From: an uncultured Bacilli bacterium
GTDB taxonomy: Bacteria > Bacillota_I > Bacilli_A > RFN20 > CAG-826
Assembly (NCBI GenBank): GCA_944363525.1
Contig: CALVUF010000004.1
Coordinates: 81,139 to 145,138, forward strand
Length of the DNA stretch: 64,000 nt
Reading direction: 5' to 3'
Shown here: piece after piece, positions 56,000 through 64,000 of the stretch
Layout of the letters: each line of letters opens with the position of its first letter
Numbering within the stretch: position 1 is the first letter of the stretch
The notes under the pieces: model-generated
Database searches by the model: none
Told to the model about the DNA's origin: nothing
Seen by the model: only the letters and a program-made list of their open reading frames with translations
Position numbers and translations under genes: made by a program

Positions 56000-57022
56000 A
56001 TGGGAGTTTCGCATTCGATTGAAGACTATCTCCATAGTCCCGCGCTTGAGCCTTTGCTTGTTAACGGGGATGCCTTTGAGCTTTTGCCATTGATTCCCTC
56101 GGCTTCCATCGATTTGATTTTGACCTAGCCCCCTTATTTCCAGAAACGCGATTATCCGTCTTCTTTGCTTGGCAACGAATCTAACTACCAGGATTATCTT
56201 GATGCCTTGATGACTTTGTTTAAGGAAGTGTATCGGGTCTTAACGCCGAGCGGCTCCTTTTGGCTGAGTCTTGGCGATTCCTATATCGACAAGCATCTGG
56301 GGCTTCTTCCTTATCGATTGGCTATCCAGCTTGTAGATGAAGTGTGGTTCGTGCTGCGAAACCAAATCATCTGGAACAAGATGAAAGGAGCGCCCTCAAG
56401 CATCCATGACCGGTTCCGTAATTGCTACGAGCCGTTCTTTTTCTTCACTAAGTCGGCCTCCAGTTATTACTTCAATGAATCGGCGGTCCGGTTAGAGGCG
56501 GGCAAGTCCCATCTTGGGAAGCGGGGCGCCGTCGTTACCTCCAGCGGCGTCTCCGGCATTTCCTATCGCCGGAAGGTCAAACGCTCCAGCCATTTAAGCC
56601 CGGAGGAGAAGAAACGGGCTCTTACGGAGTTGAAGGCGGTTTTAAAGGAAGTGGAAGACGGTTTGATCCCCGATTTCCGGATGGTGATCCGCGGGGAGAA
56701 CCGGGTGACGAACGGGGATTCGACCCGGCTTTCGGGTCGGGCGGTTGAACTGCAGGAAAAAGGATTCTACTTCCTTAAGTACAGCCGAGACGGGTCTTTG
56801 CTTGGCGATGTCTGGGATATCGTTGATTCTCGAAAGATTGGTTCTTCCCATTACGCGACATTCCCTTCCGATTTGGTTCGACTTCCTATTAAGGCGTGCT
56901 GCCCCGAGAAGGGCATCGTCCTCGATCCGTTCGTCGGGACTGGGACCACTTGTTTAGTCGCCGCCTCCGAAGGAAGAAAAAGCATCGGCATTGAGATCAA
57001 TCAAGACTATCTGCCTTCTTAA
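56000..57022 (+). pseudogene. DNA N4/N6-methyltransferase (N6_N4_Mtase-type) interrupted by in-frame TAG at the (S/D)PPY motif
   Basis: ATG 56000 with AGAGGT SD. ...SIDLILT-[TAG 56126-56128]-PPYFQKRDYPSSLLGNES... continues in the same frame as track ORF 56165..57022 (whose 'M' is the first TTG after the stop). C-terminal AdoMet motif LDPFVGTGTT. Confidence 0.6.
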
Positions 57023-57040
57023 CAATGGAACCTTCGATTT

Positions 57041-57925
57041 ATGAAACGATATCCAATCGATGAATCATTAGGGAAACTCGCCAACTTCCTTCCGCCCTTC
57101 AATCGCTTCGTGGCGACGATGGGGAAAATCTTCATGCCTAACGTCCCCTTCTATTTGAAACGAGCTACTGTCCACTTTCGGAGTATCCGTTTTAAAGGTC
57201 AAAATCCCTTTAACGTCTATGTGGTCTATCCAAGCGGAGATACCGACCAGCCGCGTGCTTGTTATCTTTATCTTCATGGCGGGGGCTTCGCTTATAAAGC
57301 CAATGGGTCGCAGATTGCTCAGTTTTTAACGACCATAAAAGAACTGAATATCGTTGGGATCCTCATCGATTATTCGGTGTTAAAGCCGTATTCAATCCCC
57401 AATCAGCAGATCGTCAAGGCGTTTGACTATCTCTACGAAAACGCCGATTTGCTTCATATCGATAAAGAGCACATCGCTGTCGGGGGCGATTCGGCCGGCG
57501 GTTATTTGGCGGCTGACTTAACTAGACTTCGTTGGGATCAAATTAAGGCGATGGTCCTTTGTTTCCCGGTGCTTGATCCTTCGCTTTCGACTGAATCGAT
57601 GAAAACCTTTCTCGACACCCCGTTATGGAATGGAAAAAACAACAAGAAGATGTGGGGGATGTATGGGCAGGGCAACCCAGACCTGACTAATTTCCTTAAT
57701 CTTGTGGACTATTCTCGTTTTCCTCCTGCCTACATCGAGGCCTGCGAATTCGATTGCTTACGTGACGAAGCCATTGTTTTTAAGGATAAGTTGATTAGGG
57801 CTGGATGCTCAGTTGCCTATCGGTTCATTGAAGGGGCAATGCATGGTTATGACACGATGAAATGCTCTCCTTTGACGAAAAAGAGCATTGAAGCAAGAAT
57901 CGAGTTTCTTCGAAGCGGTCTCTAA
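57041..57925 (+). CDS. alpha/beta hydrolase, hormone-sensitive-lipase-family esterase/lipase
   Basis: HGGGF oxyanion-hole motif (YLYLHGGGFAY). GDSAGG nucleophile elbow. 294 aa. Confidence 0.7.
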   Translation: MKRYPIDESLGKLANFLPPFNRFVATMGKIFMPNVPFYLKRATVHFRSIRFKGQNPFNVYVVYPSGDTDQPRACYLYLHGGGFAYKANGSQIAQFLTTIKELNIVGILIDYSVLKPYSIPNQQIVKAFDYLYENADLLHIDKEHIAVGGDSAGGYLAADLTRLRWDQIKAMVLCFPVLDPSLSTESMKTFLDTPLWNGKNNKKMWGMYGQGNPDLTNFLNLVDYSRFPPAYIEACEFDCLRDEAIVFKDKLIRAGCSVAYRFIEGAMHGYDTMKCSPLTKKSIEARIEFLRSGL

Positions 57926-57947
57926 TAGATAAGAGCCTGTCGGAATA

Positions 57948-58559
57948 TTACTTAATCAAATCCTCGATGGCGCAGCCTAAGCATTCACTAAGCCAATAAA
58001 GGGTTTCGGCTTGGGCTTTGGCGATATCGACCGATCCTTGTTCATAGGCTCTGATACTTCGCAAGGGAATCCCAGAAATGTTGGCTAATTGGCTTTGGCT
58101 ATACCCTTGTTTTTCCCGAATTTTCTTTAAAGGGCAGATCGGTTGGAGATATTCCGCGATAAGGTCCATTGTTTGGCGGATATCCATCTCGTGGTAGGGG
58201 AAGTAGTAATTCAGCAGATGGCTGGGTTTGATGGCTTTGATGAGGTCCGCATATGTCCTATTAAAATGCCATTGGGCATAGGCCAAAACCCATCCGACCC
58301 AGAATTCCGGGGTGGGGATATCGGTCGCTTCAATATTATGTGGCTCTTTGCCTAAGACAAGGTATAAAAGCTCGATGGAGGATTTCCCTAAGGCCAGGAT
58401 ACAATCGGCGGTCTCTAAACTCCGAGCGACTTCCGATTTGGCGAATTTATCGGCAAAGTCATCAATGTCGAGCGCTTCCTTCAAAACGGCGAACTCGAAC
58501 ATGTAGGCGACTTTGGGCTGGATGACTCCAAGCCATTGCTCATTGTAGGCGTGGATCAT
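57948..58559 (-). CDS. XRE-family HTH protein (C-terminal HTH) fused to conserved N-terminal domain of unknown function
   Basis: C-terminal KIREKQGYSQSQLANISGIPLRSIRAYEQG is an HTH_XRE. Overlaps the upstream gene's stop by 20 nt. Confidence 0.5.
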   Translation of the reverse strand: MIHAYNEQWLGVIQPKVAYMFEFAVLKEALDIDDFADKFAKSEVARSLETADCILALGKSSIELLYLVLGKEPHNIEATDIPTPEFWVGWVLAYAQWHFNRTYADLIKAIKPSHLLNYYFPYHEMDIRQTMDLIAEYLQPICPLKKIREKQGYSQSQLANISGIPLRSIRAYEQGSVDIAKAQAETLYWLSECLGCAIEDLIK

Positions 58560-59220
58560 CGGGCTTGATTCCTCCGCGAATGATATCGGTCAGATATAGG
58601 GCATCAGGTTCGATTGGCCCGTTTCGGCTGCTTAAGAATTCGGCGCGGGCATCTTGATTTCTTTTCTGTCGTAACGGGAAGTAGATTGCCGAATCGGCGA
58701 TTTCATAACCTAAGAAGCGAAGTTGGTTAAAAGCTTTTGGGGATTTCAAAACAATCTGCTCCCCGAGATTGCCGAGTCTCAAGGCGGCCGAAAGTCGTTG
58801 CACTGTTAAGGCGTTGTTAAGGAAGTTCGCGGCATAAAGGAAGTAGCAATCATCAGCACGATAGCCTTTGATGACGTCATAATCTTCGATGGGCAATGCA
58901 AAATGATCGATTAGATATTGTTTTCCCTCCTTGGCTACCTCGTTAGCTGTATTGAAGATCCGATTTTGGACTAAGACCGCAATCCAATGCAAAGTAGCGA
59001 AGCCTTTGCCCGAGAGGTCGAGGATCCGTAGGCCCGATAAATCCAGGGCATATTTATTGGCATACCCATCTTGGTTTTCCTTGACTGCCCATTCTTTGGC
59101 CAAATTCAAACTTTCCGTGCAGTAAAAACCCAGGCCATAATCGTTATAATGCTTGCCTTTTCCGTAGATTGGTTTTTCGACTATGGAAACTGAACCATGG
59201 TATAGGGCTAATTGACTCAT
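58540..59220 (-). CDS. conserved hypothetical protein (DUF3990-like by recollection; unverified)
   Basis: 226 aa. N-terminal LYHGSVSIVEKPIYGKGKHYNDYGLGFYCTESLNLAKEWA. First gene of a two-gene minus-strand pair. Confidence 0.4.
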   Translation of the reverse strand: MSQLALYHGSVSIVEKPIYGKGKHYNDYGLGFYCTESLNLAKEWAVKENQDGYANKYALDLSGLRILDLSGKGFATLHWIAVLVQNRIFNTANEVAKEGKQYLIDHFALPIEDYDVIKGYRADDCYFLYAANFLNNALTVQRLSAALRLGNLGEQIVLKSPKAFNQLRFLGYEIADSAIYFPLRQKRNQDARAEFLSSRNGPIEPDALYLTDIIRGGIKPDDPRLQ

Positions 59221-59400
59221 TGGTTTTTCCTCGATTTGTACTATAACATTGGAATGGGATTACCACAAAGAAAAAATATCAATTCAATGACATAAATTTA
59301 CTTGTTTGGTTTGGATTATTTTTATAGGTTTAGAAAGAATAAAATCGCTTTTCCTTGCAAAAGCATATTAATCCATTTTTCTTTTGCCACGATTGCAGGC

Positions 59401-60408
59401 TTATTGGCCTTGGAGATTATTGGTGATTAAAGATTGGTAGGCCTTCTTGTAGTAGGTGATCAAGCGCTGTCGGAGTCTTTCGGGTTTGATTACCTGGCAC
59501 TCCGCCCCGAAGCGGCGGAAGTATTGCTCTAACTGGTCAAGGGAACAACGGAAGAAATAATGGTTGTCTTCGATCCGTTCGACCTTTGGCCGATAGACAT
59601 AAAGCTTCTTAAAGAGACTCTGGCCTTTCTCAGTCAAGACGATTTCGGTCTCAAAGGGATGACGGGAATAGGAATACTGGGGACCATACTCAGCTAACCG
59701 GCGGAAGACGTCTTGGTCTACCTCATCGAAAACGGCTGGGCTATCCAATTCAATGATGTCCTTGATCTTCGATAACCGGAAGCTTCGGCAGTCACAGCCT
59801 TCTTTATAAAGGAGGTAGTTGTAGGTCTCTTCGGCGACGACCGCGAAGCCATAGGGCGATATAGGTTTTCTTTGCCCGGCGTTATTCGCCGTATAGACGT
59901 AAACCTGCTTCTTGTCCTCAATGGCCTTGCTGGCTTTCTTATAGACGTCTTTGAAGACGATGGCCTCCCGGCGGAATTGGGGCAAGGAGCCATAGGCGAA
60001 GAGCATCCGGCGGAAGTAATCGGATAAGGTCGAGCCCTTTAACAGGTTCGATTCGATGTGACTGATGATGTAGATGCTTTCTTTGGTCGGACGGAAAGAT
60101 AAGGAAGCGGAGTAGTTGGCTTTCTTGACGTAGCCTTTGTAGCCTTCGGCGATGATGGAATCGATGAAGAGGGAACTATCCTTTTCGCTCAAGGATGATT
60201 TTTTGGCTAGGGCTAATAGATGGGCTCGCTCTTCGGCCTCTTTTTGCCGGAAGGCGTCGAAATAGGCGACGAGCAGAGCATTGACGAATCCACTGCGGTT
60301 GACCGACTTGTCCTTCTTGAAGAAATCGAAGCTTTCGGCGTCCCGGTCGATTAATTCCAGAAGGTTTTGCGGCAAAGCGATTTTTATTTTTTCGTAATTA
60401 TCCTGCAT
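59401..60408 (-). CDS. WYL-domain transcriptional regulator (WYL + C-terminal WCX-like)
   Basis: Start at MQDNYEKIKI (GGGGGT SD). WYL-like VYVYTANNAGQRKPISPYGFAVVAEETYNYLLY...FRLSKIKDI. C-terminal FRCSLDQLEQYFRRFGAECQVIKPERLRQ. Confidence 0.45.
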   Translation of the reverse strand: MQDNYEKIKIALPQNLLELIDRDAESFDFFKKDKSVNRSGFVNALLVAYFDAFRQKEAEERAHLLALAKKSSLSEKDSSLFIDSIIAEGYKGYVKKANYSASLSFRPTKESIYIISHIESNLLKGSTLSDYFRRMLFAYGSLPQFRREAIVFKDVYKKASKAIEDKKQVYVYTANNAGQRKPISPYGFAVVAEETYNYLLYKEGCDCRSFRLSKIKDIIELDSPAVFDEVDQDVFRRLAEYGPQYSYSRHPFETEIVLTEKGQSLFKKLYVYRPKVERIEDNHYFFRCSLDQLEQYFRRFGAECQVIKPERLRQRLITYYKKAYQSLITNNLQGQ

Positions 60409-60688
60409 GTTTACCCCCTTTCCGTGGTCAAGAAACATATCAGAAACGTTTAAAGATACGATAAAACCTTTATTGAATGGGTTCAAGAAATACTTATACT
60501 CTGTCAATTTTCATAACTTTCTAGAACCTTACAATATGACCATGCACCGACAGCAACCAATGATTTTCCAAAGGATGCATTAATCTTAGGTGCCGCGAAA
60601 GCGTTAAAGGCGTGGACCGCAACAAAATTATCTTTTTTGGGAAAAGTAACGCGCCTTGTCTCAAGTAATCCTAAAGGAGGGACTGAAC

Positions 60689-62119
60689 ATGAACGACAAC
60701 TACATCCGCTTCTTAGCCCAGACTGAGAACGGCGATGCCGCCTATTACTCTTCGGGCGACTATTTGGTTGACCTCCTTTCGCTTATCGGAGCGAGCCGGT
60801 CGAACCCGAGCCAATGTCTGCCTTTGTTCAAGAAGGCTTGGACGCTCGATAAAGAACGGGCCCTTTCCTTGCTCCTATACGCCCGGGATATCCGGGGCGG
60901 ATTAGGGGAACGGGAGGTGTTCCGGACCCTTTACCGGGATTTAGCTACCGATAATCCCGAGGTCGCCATCAAATTGATCCCCTTAGTCATTGAGTTTGGC
61001 CGGTATGACGATCTCTTTGCCCTTATCGGCACCAAAGCCGAGCCCAAACTCATGGAATTGATCAAAAAGACCCTCGACGAGGACTTGGCTTCGAGTGATG
61101 GCTCGGTCAGCCTGCTTTCGAAATGGATGCCTTCCATCAACGCCTCCAATCCCAAGACCATCAATCTGGCCCGTCATTTGGCCAAGGCCTTGGGCTTAAG
61201 TAACGCTGAGTATCGGAAGACCCTTTCTAAACTCCGGAAAGGCCGGATCGTCGAGAACAACCTCCGGACTATGGACTATTCCTTCGCTTACCAAAGCGTC
61301 CCGGCCCAGGCTTTCCATAAATACCGGTCGGCTTTCGAACGGAATGATGGTGAACGCTACCGCGACTTCATCGATAAGGCCATGAAAGGGGAGGCCAAGA
61401 TCCGGACCGAAGGGCTTTACCCTTACCAAATCGTCCCCAATTACTTTGAATTCAATCGGCTTAACGACTTGGAGAAGGCGGCCATGGAAAGCAAATGGCA
61501 GGCGATGAAAGCGGGCCTCCCCGATTTAAGCGGGACCATCGTCGTCCGCGACGGCTCGGGTTCGATGATGGCGGACAACGGGTTCCCCGACCGGGTCGCC
61601 ACCAGTTTGGCCATCCTCTTCTCCGAATACTTGAAAGGCCCCTTTAAGGACAGCTTCATCACCTTCTCGAGCCATCCCGAGATCGTCCGCTTCCAAGAGG
61701 GGATGAGCCTCTATGACAAGTTGAAGGAAATCCATCGCTACAACGATGTCTCCAACACCGATATCCTCAAGGTCTATCGGCTGATTCTGGAATTGGAGAC
61801 GTTTGCCGCGCCGATCAAACGGGTCCTCCTCATCTCCGACATGGAGTTCGACCAAGGGACGGAGAACGTCCCGACCTACGAGACCTTCAAGTCGATGTTC
61901 GAGGAAAAAGGTTTGCCCTTTCCGCAGGTGATCTACCTCAACGTCAATTCTCATGGCATCCGCTTCAGCACCCGCAAACAAGACAACGTCTTGCTGCTTT
62001 CGGGAGCCAGCCGGAACCTGGTGAGTTTATTGGCCGAAGCCGGTGAACTTGATTGCCGATCCTTGCTCGATATGGCCATCGCCCCTTATCGCGACTTGGT
62101 CCGGGATATTCTCGCCTAA
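60689..62119 (+). CDS. vWA-domain protein with N-terminal helical domain (DUF2828-like; RGGxGER motif)
   Basis: AAAGGAGGG SD. ARDIRGGLGEREVF motif. C-terminal vWA with MIDAS DGSGS (VVRDGSGSMM). Confidence 0.5.
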   Translation: MNDNYIRFLAQTENGDAAYYSSGDYLVDLLSLIGASRSNPSQCLPLFKKAWTLDKERALSLLLYARDIRGGLGEREVFRTLYRDLATDNPEVAIKLIPLVIEFGRYDDLFALIGTKAEPKLMELIKKTLDEDLASSDGSVSLLSKWMPSINASNPKTINLARHLAKALGLSNAEYRKTLSKLRKGRIVENNLRTMDYSFAYQSVPAQAFHKYRSAFERNDGERYRDFIDKAMKGEAKIRTEGLYPYQIVPNYFEFNRLNDLEKAAMESKWQAMKAGLPDLSGTIVVRDGSGSMMADNGFPDRVATSLAILFSEYLKGPFKDSFITFSSHPEIVRFQEGMSLYDKLKEIHRYNDVSNTDILKVYRLILELETFAAPIKRVLLISDMEFDQGTENVPTYETFKSMFEEKGLPFPQVIYLNVNSHGIRFSTRKQDNVLLLSGASRNLVSLLAEAGELDCRSLLDMAIAPYRDLVRDILA

Positions 62120-62181
62120 CCGGAGGTCACCCCTCCGGTTTTCTTGTTTTCAAAGACTCGTATCCATGTTATAAAACGATT

Positions 62182-64000
62182 ATGAAATCCCATCGCCTTG
62201 CCTTCCTTCTCTGTGTGCCTTTGCTTCTTGGCCTTGGCGTCTATCCGCGCCTGGTCAATGCGTCGGTTGGAAATTATTCGACTGAGTCCGAGACTTATTA
62301 CGATTCGATCGAGGCCAGCGGGGGAGTTGAACTCCTGGGCGAACTCCACGATCTATTGGTTACCACTCATAAGACTTACACGACTTATGATGATTGCAAA
62401 ACTCCGAGTTACGTCGCCCTAACCGACACCGATTTTCAGGGGGAGGTGTTGGAATTTTACTCCCAAACCACCATCTCCAAGGCTTGGGGTTCGGGCAAAC
62501 AGGGGAGTTGGAATCGGGAACACGTCTGGTGTCAGTCTTTATCGAATGGGCTTTGGGGCGAATCAGGCGGCGGGGCGGATCTCCGCCATATTCGCCCGGT
62601 CGAGTCCGGCCTCAATAGCGCACGTAACAATGCCAAGTTTGGTGAAGTTCCCCATACTCCGGCCAACGAGAAATACTATGAAGACGCGACTAACGATCCG
62701 GTGGCTTTAGGTGGCTATGCCTTAGGGCAGGAGGTGTTTGAGCCGATCGACGATTCGAAAGGCGACGTCGCCCGGATTATCTTCTACGTCTATACCCATT
62801 ACAATACCTATAAAAACGTTGGGGGCTCAACCAACGGCACTCATTCAACGCCAAAATTCGGGACTCTCGATTTCTCGGATGTCGTTGATGGGTCGGATGA
62901 AGAAGCCATCGATTTATTGCTCACCTGGAATGAGCTCGATCCGGTTTCTGAATATGAAATGGCCCGGAACGAAGAGGTCGCTAAATACCAAGGCAACCGG
63001 AATCCCTTCATCGACCACCCTGAATACGCCGAGTATATTTGGGGCGAGGATGTTGAACCGTCCTTATCGGCCCCTAGCAGCTTGACAATGACGGTTGGGG
63101 AAACCAAACAGCTGGGAGCCGTAATCCACGGAGGCACCGGGACCATTTCCTATTCCTCTTCCGATGAGGCGGTAGTGGCTGTTGCTGCCGATGGCTCATT
63201 GACCGCTTTAACGGCCGGGGAGGCGACGATCGAATGCCGGGCTCTAGTCGAAGGGAAGGAATTAACCGCCTCCACCCAAATCTCCGTCAAATCTCCATCT
63301 TTAGAGGGACGATATAAGAAATTGACCGCAATTCCCGAGGATATTGACGGAAAATACGTTATAGCCTACGAGAATTTGGCGTTGAATTCGAGTTTGGAAT
63401 GCTCTTTAGATCAGCGCAATAATTTCGTCGAAATCCAAACTGATGGAGATTCGATAACCACTGATGTCTCCTCAGTCTACTTTACCTTCGAGTCGGTTCC
63501 AAACGATCCCGATCGATTTTATGTCCGGACCCCGGAAGGGCGATATGTCTACTCCTCTTCCACGGATAAAAATCAAATCACTCTTTCGTCTTCGGCTACT
63601 GCCGCCTGCTACCTAAAGATGGTTGGAAGCGATATCGTGCTCTTTTCGGACAATGGGTCCGCGCTCCGCTACAACAGCGGCGATACCTGGTTCCGTTTCT
63701 ACAAGCCGTCTACTTACACAAACCAGAAAGCTATTGCTCTCTACAAACTAACCGAAGACGAGAACGTGGCCTTGGCCAAAGCCTTCGCTTCAGATTTTCT
63801 CTCGGCCATCCAATGCGACAATGGGGTGACCCCGCCTTCGACTTCCGCTTGGAACGATATGGCTCAAAAAGCTTCGGGCCTGACCCCGGCGGTTTTTTCT
63901 ATGCTGCAAACCGCTGCTTACCAGGACGGGGAGATCGGTTTGTCGGTTGAGCGTTACGACTACATCATCGGTAAGTACGGAACTACTGATTATCCTGATT
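62182..64000 (+). CDS. secreted Endonuclease I-family (EndA/Vvn-like) nuclease with Big_2-like domain, 3'-partial (runs off window; absent from ORF track because no stop)
   Basis: Signal peptide MKSHRLAFLLCVPLLLGLGVYPRLVNA. NREHVWCQS and DLRHIRPVESGLNSARNNAKFG match the EndA EWEHVVPAW / DMHNLQPSVGEVNGDRGNF blocks. Open frame through 64000. Confidence 0.5.
   Translation, partial: MKSHRLAFLLCVPLLLGLGVYPRLVNASVGNYSTESETYYDSIEASGGVELLGELHDLLVTTHKTYTTYDDCKTPSYVALTDTDFQGEVLEFYSQTTISKAWGSGKQGSWNREHVWCQSLSNGLWGESGGGADLRHIRPVESGLNSARNNAKFGEVPHTPANEKYYEDATNDPVALGGYALGQEVFEPIDDSKGDVARIIFYVYTHYNTYKNVGGSTNGTHSTPKFGTLDFSDVVDGSDEEAIDLLLTWNELDPVSEYEMARNEEVAKYQGNRNPFIDHPEYAEYIWGEDVEPSLSAPSSLTMTVGETKQLGAVIHGGTGTISYSSSDEAVVAVAADGSLTALTAGEATIECRALVEGKELTASTQISVKSPSLEGRYKKLTAIPEDIDGKYVIAYENLALNSSLECSLDQRNNFVEIQTDGDSITTDVSSVYFTFESVPNDPDRFYVRTPEGRYVYSSSTDKNQITLSSSATAACYLKMVGSDIVLFSDNGSALRYNSGDTWFRFYKPSTYTNQKAIALYKLTEDENVALAKAFASDFLSAIQCDNGVTPPSTSAWNDMAQKASGLTPAVFSMLQTAAYQDGEIGLSVERYDYIIGKYGTTDYPD

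Noticed and set aside
1-64000. CRISPR arrays, rRNA genes, IS elements/transposases, integrases
   Set aside because: No regularly spaced direct repeats, no rRNA-like conserved blocks, and no DDE/tyrosine-recombinase-like ORFs were seen on either strand.
1-64000. Alternative genetic code (UGA=Trp), considered because of the Mollicutes-like gene architecture
   Set aside because: Long genes (pyrG, glmS, the P-type ATPase, opp genes) terminate cleanly at TAA/TAG/TGA under the standard code. Their conserved C-termini are intact, so there is no evidence of UGA recoding.

Overview
This 64-kb window is chromosomal DNA, about 55% GC, read with the standard genetic code (TAA, TAG and TGA all terminate long ORFs). 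Gene content and architecture point to a Firmicutes/Mollicutes-related bacterium.

Ordinary content, in order:
- A cluster of five 'MKK...AC'-lipobox surface lipoproteins (413-9025), one carrying an M6/InhA-type HEXXHXXGXXD zinc-protease motif.
- An oppA-like gene followed by oppB, oppC, oppD and oppF, with the oversized, insertion-bearing OppA/OppC/OppD/OppF that are typical of Mollicutes.
- Housekeeping genes: Ca2+ P-type ATPase, PgpA-like/cdaA/glmM/glmS, deoD with a NERD-domain gene followed on the opposite strand by pbuG and a degenerate adenosine-deaminase-like gene, gltX, a GH31 alpha-glucosidase, pyrG, a DagK-family lipid kinase, a guanylate-kinase-like gene and an orphan ACP.
- Seven tRNA genes: Thr-CGU, Val-GAC, Gly-CCC, Gly-GCC (minus strand), Glu-CUC, Asn-GUU and Glu-UUC. 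Several have clean sigma70-like promoters and intrinsic terminators.

Loci worth a second look:
- 50561-55226: a compact, translationally coupled type IV filament-like (Tad/Com-like) locus. It has a CpaF/VirB11-family ATPase, two TadB/TadC-like polytopic membrane proteins and small N-terminally anchored or hydrophobic proteins, including a 50-aa ORF with a perfect SD that the >=60-aa ORF track does not list. No prepilin peptidase and no canonical prepilin motif are present.
- 55651-64000: a tRNA-Asn/tRNA-Glu-adjacent accessory segment. It carries a DNA N4/N6-methyltransferase gene interrupted by an in-frame TAG exactly at the (S/D)PPY motif, an HSL-family esterase, an overlapping XRE-HTH/conserved-hypothetical gene pair, a WYL-domain regulator divergent from a vWA (MIDAS DGSGS) protein, and a secreted Endonuclease-I-family nuclease that runs off the window end and is therefore absent from the ORF track.
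- 20472-24561: a five-gene, tightly coupled operon ending in a large protein with a C-terminal transmembrane domain and a DEDDh 3'-5' exonuclease fusion protein.

No rRNA, CRISPR array, transposase or integrase was recognised. All domain assignments rest on motif recognition by eye, not on searches.
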